NCBI RefSeq assembly: GCF_964355755.1
Contig: NC_092676.1
Location: forward strand, 4,689,888-4,753,887
DNA length: 64,000 nt
Reading direction: 5' to 3'
Origin: Antedon mediterranea
Taxonomy: Eukaryota > Animalia > Echinodermata
The notes beneath the pieces are model-generated. The model searched no databases and was not told the DNA's origin. It saw only the letters and a list, made by a program, of their open reading frames with translations. Below are positions 47,647 through 59,600 of this stretch, piece after piece (the first letter of the stretch is position 1; the number at the start of each line of letters is the position of its first letter). The translations under genes were made by a program, and so were the position numbers.

Positions 47647-50600
47647 GTATATAACCTTGTTTATTGCACTCTTTATCCTTTGATGTATCTTGTTTGGTAA
47701 TAATGCTTTCATAAGTTTTCTCTTCAAAGTTAGAAATGTCTGCACACCAAATTGGCGCATGACTGTGCCTGCTCGACTGTCTGCGATAACCTCTTTTTTT
47801 ATATGGCCTTGTTCTATTTAAGTGTGGTTCCCAATAACAACGCAACGCAGCGACGTATCGACGCAAAGTGCCGTATTGCGTAATCACAAGTGGGAACCAA
47901 TGACGCAACAGTGCCGCAAACATCGCAGGTTTGGTTTTACGCAGGCGGGGCAAATAAAATTATTGGAAGGGCATTTTCTTACATTGTGTAGATTGCATTA
48001 CGTTGCGTCGCTAGTGGGAACCACGCTTTATTGCATCATAACTTTAAAAAAAAACAAACAACAAGCTCAAACTATACTGTATTTAAAAGTTTATTTCATG
48101 ATCATCAAATAAGTATATCAGTTTTAAAATTTCAATTAGAAATTTATTTATTTGTTAAAAATTGTTTACATGCAGTCGGAGAGTTTTATTTATAAGGGTT
48201 ACAGTAAATAATAAAAATAATGGTAGACATACTGTATATAGAGCCTATTGCAATGTTTCTAAGCGCCGCACTTATCCTACCCATAGGGATGCATGCTGAA
48301 TGCTGTTGTCGGGGTTGGGTTCTTGGCTGTAATATTCATATTCTCAATAACCATGATTTTATAAAAAGTTTTTTCCTCCCCCATTTAATTTTAATCTTCT
48401 TAAACACTTTTATCACGATTCAACAATAATTTTTCAAGTGCCATAAATGGTGCTTCTATAGATACAGACAATATGAACGCCGCAGCATATGAAAGCACAA
48501 TATTACCAATGAAAAAGTAAACCAACAACAGATCTGTAAAATAGATCATATTGGGTAAAGAGTAATAGAAAACAAACATTATTATGGGATGGAGAAGGTA
48601 TGCACAGTAGTTAATTCGGGAAAGTGGTATCCAAAAGGACCAGGAGAGTAGGGAGTTTACTGGCCCACCGTATCCTGTGACACATGCAAATGCAACCCAA
48701 GCAAGAGCCACAGCCCATGAAAATCGACTGAGAGTAATGTACGCCACCGATGCTGCTTCATTTAATGGGTCACCATGAAAGTTGCCATAGAGACCATAAA
48801 CAACAGCAAGAGCAATACCAGTTGCAGCCATCCATCCCATAATAACTACATATTGAGGCATACGAACACGATTTTTATATTTGTACAAAATGTAGCCAAT
48901 AGCCATACCAACTAAGTATGTGGAGATACGAGTCCATGGCCGAACATATATTTCCTGAGTACCAAGTGTTTTTTGATCTGGAGTCTGCGGAATAAGACCT
49001 GTATAAATGTCTAATTTAATGGAAATGCCAATTAAACTGCCAAAACAGGTTATAAGGAGAGCACTCCAGAATGCCACGCCAACAAAGAAGTAGTGATACA
49101 AAAGATAGATAACAAATGGACTTATGATGTAAAACTGCATGTCGTTAGCAAGATACCAACTCCAATCAACACATTCTTCTATAAGATTTGATGGATAAAG
49201 GTTATTGATGTACAAGAGATTTGTCCACCAGTATTTCTGACAGTATGACACCTGACTTTCCTCACCAGGGGCAGCATTTGGATCAAAAACAGATTGATAA
49301 AGAGGGCCATTTGCAAAATGAGGCGCAAGAGTCGTAAAAATAAAAATTACCATAGCATATACAGGAGTGAGTCTCAGGTACCTATGAACGAAAAACATCA
49401 GCCAGTTAAGCTTACCATTGTGTTTCTGTAAATATTTAAGGGTTAAGTAAGTTACGAGCAAGCCACTGAGAAAGAAGAAAGAATCAACAGAGAATGTAGC
49501 ATTACCAACTGCTTGGAATGTAAATCGGCTAAGTACTTCAAGAATTTTTGTTAGATTACTAAACAATGTAAGAGCAAATATATATGTATGTCCCAACATG
49601 ACCCACCATAAGCTGATAACTCTAATACCATTTAAGGCACCTAGACTTTGTTCTCCTTGCTTGGTTTGTAGAATTTTACTACCATTTATCAACAAGGAAA
49701 AACACAGGAGAATGTTCCCAAAAAGTCCTACACTTGTTTTTGTGATCTTCACTGTCTGGTGTGAATGTGACGACATTTCTTTACTTGATGCAGGAGCACC
49801 GTTAATGCTGTTCTCGCCTGTATGATCTTCAGCCAGTCTTTCAAAACCATCTTGTCCATTTTCTCTCCATCTTTTCAAGACATCATAAATTGTTCCACTT
49901 ATTATCATTAGTCCAAAGAAAGAGAGAAAAATCAAACAAATGATAGCGGCAGCTGAATATTCTGGTACCTTGTTGCACTTAACATAAGAAACGAACAAAC
50001 GACTATTTGGTTTTTTAGGTCCCAAGATTTCCATCAAATCACTGTTGCTGCAGCTGTCAGGAACACATATTCCAATACTAGGAAGCTTTGTCTTTCCACC
50101 ATAAAGTCCAGCGATGCAATATTCAGCTTTGAAATTGTCTTTTTCATCATCAATTTTCCGTGACTGGTTCAAACATTCGTCGTAAAGTCCAAACCAATAC
50201 GTAAAGTCCCCTTGAAGAAGACCAGGTGGTAGTTTACCGTAAGAGTCTATCATCATCAACGCATAATGTTCTTCTTTCAAAAGATCAATTTGAAATGTTC
50301 CTAAGTCTCTACGACACTTAGTTGAATGTTTGGTTGTCATCGTAGTTGGAATTTCCGTGACATTTTTTTTTGTAGAATTTGTCACAATTGACATCGTCGT
50401 TGAGTAGACAGTGACATATGTAACTGCTGCTGTTGTAGGCATATTAGATGAATTCTTTGTTGCTGTAATTGTATCCATATCAGTTGTTGTCAGCTCTTGA
50501 GTTTTAGTAGAAGCCATTGTTTGGAAATCATCAATTTCTGGTTCCAACACCTCCGAGTACATCAAAGGTTCTAGAATAAGCTTATCCACAGCTGCTTGCA

Positions 50601-53600
50601 ATTCCTCTGCTTTTGCCTGGTATGAATTGACGTACCTCTGTTTGGCGATAAACTTCATAGCGTCTTCCTCGTTTAAAACAAGTTGTGGTTGACCACGACA
50701 TAAAGAGCTTATAGCCAATATTAAGATGAACTGTATCATCCTTGGTAGTAGGGAATCCATAGTGGTACTGATAGTTATGCACACCTTTTGGCTTATTCTG
50801 TTACAAGACTGTAGATTAATCTTTTTGTGTAAAATATATTACATAAATCATCACAATAATGTTTAGTCATTGGTCACCTGGTGGGTCACATAGAGGGTCA
50901 CACAGTGAACTTTGCTATCAACCATGCTTCTGGTTTATGTAATGATACCATAACCAACCAATCAGAAGCAATTAATTGTACACTACATGTGTTTACTCTT
51001 GTTGGTTTTAGGTATACTTTAGTTTGCTATCAATTTTGTATTACATAAACATCTTCCTTGCTCAACAGACTATATCTCCCTTCAATTCAATTAAATTCAA
51101 TTTCATTTATTCATGGTCAAACACAGTAAAATATACTACATATGGTTTGAAATTATTTTCCAATTATTTACTTTATTTGAGATATAAAAACATAATTTGA
51201 AATCATCACTGGAAGCTAAGGTTCTCTATTAATTTGGAGAATTTGACAATCTGTGGCTCCATGGCTGTCTCTTACAACTCTCTTGAAATTGCATAAATTA
51301 CACTTTACACAGTCTAGTCTATATTTCAATTTCTTGTCAAGCACAACAACAGAAAAAAAATGCAAGTTCAAGTAATATGTAGGTTTATTTCATGATCATT
51401 GTAAAGTACAGTATAAAGAAAGATTAGTTTAAATTGACTTATAAGTAATTAAAAACTATCAAGTACTGTACACACAGTACAGTGAGTACCATAAAGATGG
51501 TAGTGCTACCATCTGGTGGTGCATGCATAATCTTGTCCGTATATGTATCGCTGTACATCCTTTGGTATTTCATGCTTTGCTGTGATATTCCGAATAATCT
51601 GTGATCAATTTTATACCAAGATATTTCCCCTTAATTCCCAAGTAATATTAAACACTCTTGCTCATTTTCAATAGAATTTTTATCCAACACCATGAATGGT
51701 GCTTCTATTTACTAAAGATAACTGTAATAACCTTTTTAAAATGTTATTTTATTTCATCTGAATAACAACCTTCTAACTGAGGTGGCCGTCCATTCAGAAA
51801 CATACCAAGATGCTCTAAAGGCCAATTTACGCAGATGAGCAGTAACGGTAATGAAAATATACAATCTTATGTTATTCCTTTTACACACAATGCAGAGTGG
51901 ATGGGTGAATTCCACTCGGGATTGATACGGATTCTACGTGGGATAAGCTACGCGGTTTTCCGCTTGCCGGTACCACACATCTGTGTAAATTGACCTTAAG
52001 TAAACCAGAGAGACAAGAGAAAAAACAACATCCCAAATGTTAAACACTTTTCTCTCTTTTCAATAGTAATTTTTCAAGTCCCATAAATGGTGCTTCTACA
52101 GTTATTGATAACACAAATGCGGCCGCATATGCAAGTACAACATTAGCAACATAAAAATATACCATCAAGGAACCAGTGTAATATATAAAGTCGGGCTGTG
52201 TGTAGTAGAATACCATCATTATAATGGGATGAAGAAGGTATGCCCCGTAGTTCATCCGGGAAAGAGGTATCCAAAAGGACCAGGAGAGTAGGGAGTTTAC
52301 TGGCCCACCGTATCCTGTGACACATGCAAAGGCAACCCAACCGAGAGCCACAGCCCATGCAAATCTTGAAAGTGTGATGTATAGAACCGATTCTGCTTCA
52401 CCTAATGGCTTATCGTGGTAGTTGCCATAGAGACCATAAACAACAGAAACACCAATTGCAGATGCGAGTATCCATCCCATGATAACCGAAAATAGATTCA
52501 TTCGTACGCGGTCTTTATATTTGTACAAGATGTAACCAATAGCCATTCCAACAAGAAATGGGGAAATACGTGCCCAAGGTCGTGCATACAATTCATCTGC
52601 AGTAAAATTTTTCTGTTGCAGATCATCAGGGATAAATTTGGTCGTGACGTTATATTTGATAGAAACACCAATTAAACTGCCGAAACATGCTATGAGAAGG
52701 GACATCCACATGACCACCCCAGCATAGAAATAATGATATAACAGATACACAACGAAAGGGCTTATTATATAGAACTGCATGTCGTTTGCAAGATACCAGC
52801 CCCATCCCAGACAGTTTGTTTGAAGGCTTGTAGGGTAGAGATTGTTAATGTACAGAAGGTTTGTCCACCAGTACTTTTGACATAAAGATACTTGGCTCTC
52901 TACACCAACTGGCTCTGGGTCAAACGCAAATGTATAAAAAGCGCCAGTCCCAAAATATGGAGTAAGAGTTGTAAACATGAAAATGACAAGCATGTAAATA
53001 GGAGTAAGTCGTAGATATCTATGAACATAAAACATCAGCCAGTTAAGCTTACCATCGTTTTTCTGTAAATATTTAAGGGTTAAGTAAGTTACAAGCAAAC
53101 CACTGAGAAAGAAGAAAGAATCAACAGAGAATGTAGCATTGACTATTGCTTGAAATGTAAATCGAGTAATTGCATCAAATGGAGTGAGAATATTAGTGAC
53201 TACATATATAGGATTTGCATATGAATGTCCCAATATGACCCACCATAAGCTAATTACTCTAATACCATTTAAAGCACCTAGGCTCTGTTCTCCTTGTTTA
53301 GTCTTTAAAATGTGACGTCCATTTACTAATAAGGAAAAACATAGAAGTAATTGTGAAAAAAAACTATTGTTTTCAGGCTCCTTCTTTCCATCTTCATTAT
53401 CTTTTGCAGCAACCTGTTTTTTCTTTTGTTCCAGAACAATGTCATAAAGAGTTGCGCAAATCACTATAATGCATATTGTTGAAAGTAACGTCAAACACGC
53501 AATGGCAGATGCCGAGTAATCATAGTCCTTGCTACATACCATGTTTGCTACGTTATGTCTCGGTAAACCGCTTAACAAGTTTGTCACTTGATTTTTGTTG

Positions 53601-56600
53601 CAGCTATCAGGTACACATATCCCAACATTCAGTGTCTGGAATATAACATTTGGTGTGGAGTTTGTTAACGTTGCAATACAATGCCTACCGTTGAAGCCGC
53701 TTCCGTTTACATCCCAAGATCTTGACTGCGCCTGACATTCATCGTATAACCCAGGCCAAGTAACCGCTCCTTGAAATAAACCAGGTGGAAGCTTACCGTA
53801 TGAATCAACCATCTTTAACGCATATAATTTTCCCGTCTGGAGGTCAGTTTGGAAGTGTCCAAAGTCCACTACACATTGCGATGGCGATGCAGACGTGGTG
53901 CTTCTTTCTGTTGTAAATACTGTATTCATTACACTTGTCGCATTGTCTTGGATGTCGCCAACGAAAACAATCTCTTTAATTGCAAATTCTTCTTCTTGTT
54001 GGATGTCCAATTCGTACCCACGTTGTTGATCAGCTGACTTTAGCATAGGCTTCAGTAAGTTGTCGTACACTAAAGGACTCATGATATCTTGAGCTCTCTT
54101 AAGGTTTGGCATGTATTTGTCCGGGGTTTTTAATTCTCCTATCCGCTGCTCATTGTTGACTGCGTGAAATTGAGCATCGCAACAAAAACTTGCAACTATT
54201 AAGAAAATTACTATATCATGCGTTTTCATCATGATTGAAAGCTTAGTTTATTTTTGTTATAACTTTGAAAAGTTTAAAAAACAGAGTATAATACTGCGCT
54301 ACAGCATCACAGTACAGACAATAGCAGACTTCCTGCCTGAGATTTACAATACCGATTTCCAAGTTGAATTTTAAAGTCCATGTTTGCACTTGTTATACCA
54401 TCATAGCTATTATTTAGATTCATTATTTGCACTACACTATACCATTATATCATAGCTGTACTTCATATATCAACAGTTGGTTTAGTGATCAAGTTTAGCC
54501 GCCTTTACTGTTTGCCCTTTTATGGGCATATTGTATGTATTATTTTGTGTAAACAATAAGCCAAGTTCCCTCTCTACGTTCAAAGGTAAAGATATTAAGT
54601 ACATTCAAGTATATTATTTTCCTTTGTGTGATTGTAAAATGTAAGCATATTTTATTTACTTGAGACTGTCTGATAACTATAGCTAACATAACTTTAAAGC
54701 CCCATTCCCTACGTTTTTTAGATCTAATTTAAGATCACAAACTATATTTAATGTAAAAATAATACTATATGGTCCTATTGCGATAACTTTTTTCGTCTTT
54801 AAACGGTTAAAAATGTGAAAAATAAGCCGATTCTAATAATTATAGCGGCCCGCTATAAATCCCAAAATGCATTGCGCGCGGATTGATATTTTTGTTTTTC
54901 ACCTGTAATTCGCCCACTTTTCGATCGATCGTGAGGCCAAAACAAATGGAAGACTCCTAACTTTTCAGCGAAAATACCGGGTTTTCCCCAATTTGTATCA
55001 ACGGAGTCTGGCAAAAATAGAAAGACAATTAATACAGCAACTATACAACGTCAGGCTAGGTATATAGCTCGCGTACGATGTTCGTACGTTACCGATGTTT
55101 ACCAGCTAGGCCTACAAAACTAAGCCTAGCTAGGCTAGGCCTAAGACCGTCCACGAGAGGTCGATCGCCGCGAGCTACTTAGGTAGTGCATTGTTTCTCA
55201 CTTTTTATCATAATTTACCATAAAACGTACATATAAGACAAGGAATGACATGGTTTAATGTTTTTAAAGTGATATATATGTATTATTTTCCAAAAAACGT
55301 CCAAAATTGCAGGGAAGGGGTCTTTAAGCTCAGTTCCCACTAGGACAGTATGCAAGGACATAAAGTGCAACGCAAGCGAGTTGACTAATCACAAGTGACT
55401 GTTTGAATAATCCATTGCTTGTGATTGGTCAAATTACGTGCATTGCATCAAATAGTTCTAAAAAAATATAGCAAAAAAATACTTTTTAAAATAAACTCTG
55501 AATGTTAAAATGTTCTTAATAGTAGGCCCATTTTCATTATCATATTATCATAAGTCTGCTAATATAGATAGAAAATTATATTATCTGTCTATACTTCACT
55601 TCATTTGCTTGTTTATTACTTGTTTGTTTAACTTAATGGAAATTACTGTACTTATTGAAAAATAAATAAAAGTGGAATGAAAAATTTGTACTGTAGATCA
55701 AACACAAACAATTTTTATTTTGTACTGTGTTTTTATATAGTCTCAGAAATAAGTTTATTTGTGATGAAATAATATCTAGGTCAATATTGAATGGTTGGGA
55801 AATGTTCACGCTTCAGTGATTTTCTATTAAGATGTAAATTGTGGATCATAAGTCATGTGAACTAGGATGTATTATTACCATAGTCACTCAGTAAGCTTCT
55901 GCTGCTGTCTGCCCCTGTTGCTTAGCCCTTGTGCTTTCTGCCTAGACTACTGATTTTTGATCAGCTGTGTTTCACTACCATTGGCTTAAAAAATGGTATC
56001 TACAAGCAAATATTGTATTTTAAATCTGCTAGCTTTAATATCTTATTGCTGTGCTCAGTTTCAAAATATTGGAAACCAAGCTGATGCAGTGAATTTTATT
56101 GCCAATCAGAAATCTGTCAACCCAAATTACCAGGTCAGTACGAAGGAACTGCAAGATGTTTTACAGAATGTTATCGTAGAACCTTTACTGTACCCAGTAG
56201 ATAACCATTGGGTATCAGAGGCTAGGGGATTCGACACACACGATGAAACAGTTTTTGGAATGACAGGTGAAGATGCTGGGACAAATGTAACGACGGAACC
56301 AATGATGGTAACAAATTCAACATTGGAACCAACAACATTAATAGTTACTGAAGTCGTACTTGAACCAACATTGTGTATCAGTGATCTAGCAACATTTGCA
56401 GCGGATATTTTAAAAAAGGAAAAGTATGCCGAGATGATGGTTGATTCCTATGGAAAACCTCCCCCTGGAATTTTACAAGGAAACATACTATGGCTCGGAC
56501 TGTACGACCAATGTTTAAGCCAATCAAGAACCAGTAATGACAATTACGATAGTTTCAATGGACAGTACTGTTTGGCCCTAGTTACTAATAATACTCAGCT

Positions 56601-59600
56601 TCTTTTTTACGTTGGAATTTGCGTTCCGAACAGTTGTAACAACCGAGAATTAACAGACTTGTTAAACATTAATAGTAATTCAAGTATTAAGGTTTCTGTA
56701 TTCTGCCACAAACAATTTGAATACTCAACGAGTGCAATTGCTTGTCTTGCTTTACTTGTGTTTTTATGCGCTTTTGCTCTTGTAGGAACAATAATCGAGG
56801 TCTTCAAAAACTATAAAGGTTCATCGGCTAATCAGAACGGTTTTAAAAAACTATTACCAGACGAAACTTTTGAAAATACCGAACATACTCAATCAGCCTC
56901 TGTGAATGAGCTTATAATTACTGTTGAAGAAAATAATTCACCTGGTTGTCTTGTAAAGTTTTTGTTATGTTTCTCGTTACTTACAAATGGTAGGAAAATT
57001 TTGAATACTAAGCAAGGAGAAGGAAGCATAAGCTGTTTGAATGGTATTAGAGTTATCAGTTTAACATGGGTGATATTGGGACATAGTTATGTTTTCCCAT
57101 TCCAACTAATAAGTAATCCTGTTGAAATTCCTAATTTGCTAGGCCGATTTACATTCCAAGCAGTTGGCAATGCTACATTCTCGGTTGATTCTTTCTTCTT
57201 TCTAAGTGGTTTGCTCGTAACTTACTTAACCCTTAAATATTTACAGAAAAACGAAGGTAAAATAAATTGGGTGATGTTTTATGTTCATAGATATCTACGG
57301 CTTACGCCCGTTTACATGATTGTTATTTTTGTCTTTGCCACCCTTACACCACATTTCGCATCAGGACCATTTTACTCGATGATTTTCGATCCAAATCCTG
57401 ATCCAGGTGTTGAGAATCAAATGACTTATTGTCAGGATTACTGGTGGACAAACCTTCTGTATATCAATAACTTCTACCCGACCAGCATTAATAAAGAATG
57501 CTTACTTTGGGGATGGTATCTTGCTAATGACATGCAATTTTTTATCGTCAGTCCCTTTATCATCTACCTCTTGTATCACTACTTTTATGCTGGATTCACA
57601 CTTTGGTGTGTCATTCTTCTCACCTGCTTCTCCAGTTTAATCGGCGAGTCAATTATACGTGATATTTCTGTCAACTTTAGCCTAGACCCGAATGAAGTTA
57701 ATTTTGTTAGCGATTTGATTTATATTCGACCGTGGTCCCGTATCTCCACATACCTTGTTGGCATGGCTTTAGGATACGTCTTGTATAAATATCGAGGACG
57801 AGTTCGTATGTCGCATTATATGGTCGTACTGGGATGGCTTGCTGCTACTGGTATAGCTCTATCTGTTGTTTATGGTCTTTATGGTTCATACCATGGCCGA
57901 CCGTTAAGTGCTAGCGCTACAGTGGTTTACATAACGCTCTGTCGGTTTTCTTGGGCTGTGGCTCTTGCTTGGGTTGTTTTTGCATGTGACGCTGGTTACG
58001 GCGGGCCAGTAAATTCTCTACTCTCCTGGTCTTTCTGGATACCACTTTCCCGTATCAACTATTGCGCCTACCTTGTTCATCCAATTATTATGTTTGTGTT
58101 CTACTATTCTCTTCCGAATTCTATTTACTTCACTGATTTTCTTTTTGTTTACTTTTACTTGGGTCATCTGATGTTTTCATATGCTGTGGCTTTCCTTTTG
58201 TCAGTTTGTGCGGAAGCACCGTTCATGGCATTGGAAAAACTCACTCTAAAGCGAGACAAAAGTGTGTAGTTATCCATGAAAACAGTTCTTTTTGTTTATA
58301 AATATTGTGTTTATCATTATAATTTATTAGCAATGTATTTGTTGAATTTATAAGAAGACTTGTACTTTGTTTATGAATAAATTGCATTGAAAATAAAACA
58401 TATTTGATTTTTATGATTCTATGTTGTTTGACAAAATGATCAATTCTTATGTACTAGTGCAGCTATACACACATGGGCAAATCCAGGATTTTTTTAACAT
58501 GGTAACGCTAGCACATATAACAAAAAGCCTGTCTAAAATAATATCAAAAAGTAGTTCGTAATTTCATTTTAGCTCTGAAAAAGAGGGATTACATCCCTCA
58601 AGTGCAACCGACCTGAATCCGCGCGCCCCTGATTCACATTACACCGTAAAGGGCCTTTCACACCAGTTCCGGCACGGTTCTGGTCAGGTTTATCGAACGC
58701 CAACGTTTTGTTTTCACGATGGTCCACGCGGCTATGCACCAATCGATATGCGCATGGCCGCGTAAAAACAAAACTTTGACGTTCGATTGGATTTGCCGGC
58801 ACCGCAACCGTGCCGGAACAAGTGAGAAAGACACTTAATGGCAGACAGACACTTATTGTATGTTATCCCATAAAAGGTGAAAAACAAGTCAATATAACCT
58901 TAGTCAAACATTGACTATAATGGAGATTAAATCAACATTGTATAATGCAATGACTAAATAACGGGCAGACAGAATCATTAAAACAAATTTGTTGATATCT
59001 CAGATTTTATGTTTTGTTTTTTGTATTGTTTTCCTTTCTTGGGGAGAAAAAGCTATATTGCTTAACTTATTCGATAAGTGGCACTCACAGGGTACCAATG
59101 GCACAAATATCCTAAACTAAAGAACAATCATCTACTGTATACAAAATGGTATAGGGTTTTAATTATTTTTTAAAGTGATCGGTGAAGCAGAACAAGCATT
59201 GTGTGATAAGCCACTTTTTTTTTATAGTGCTGCCACTGGAGTTTTTAATAAGTGCAATTATAATCAATGTTGTATCAAAGGTTTTTATAATAGAAATTTA
59301 AACCAGGATATCCCGCTAATTTACAGGAAATGGCTTTGTTTTGTTGTACAGAGCATGGTGAAATAAACATAATTTTCTAATCCTAAGATCCTTATAATCC
59401 AGCCATATTCCAATCCAAGGTTTTCCTTTTTCTTAATGACATTGACAAGACCCACTCCACAGATTATCGATAACAAGTTTATTTATAATACACATTCACG
59501 TAAGGGACCATGTCAACAATTATTCTACTGCAGTTACTGCAGTAACTAAATTTTGAAAAGATTGAAATAATTTAATTCTATCTACAGGACATTCAGATAA

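Noticed and set aside
55946-55993. In-frame splice fusion of RPGR exon 2 to acyltransferase copy 7
   Set aside because: The in-frame acceptor (55945/55946) is followed by TGA within three codons, and the acceptor at 55964 is out of frame.
30622-56807. Recurrent antisense or alternate-frame ORFs overlapping the acyltransferase genes (e.g. MTGSNIR..., MTFATSVV...)
   Set aside because: They recur only because the host genes are paralogous. They are short and often start at non-ATG codons.
30247-58269. Bacterial horizontal origin of the intronless acyltransferase-3 genes
   Set aside because: The signal peptide plus Cys-rich NRF domain architecture is the eukaryotic NRF-6 type. A phylogeny would be needed to exclude transfer formally.
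58576-58603. Hammerhead-like CTGAAAAA-GAGGGAT(TAC)ATCCCTC-AAG, and a similar hairpin at ~1103-1127
   Set aside because: The catalytic core is broken (no correctly placed CUGANGA/GAAA pair) and there is no convincing stem I.
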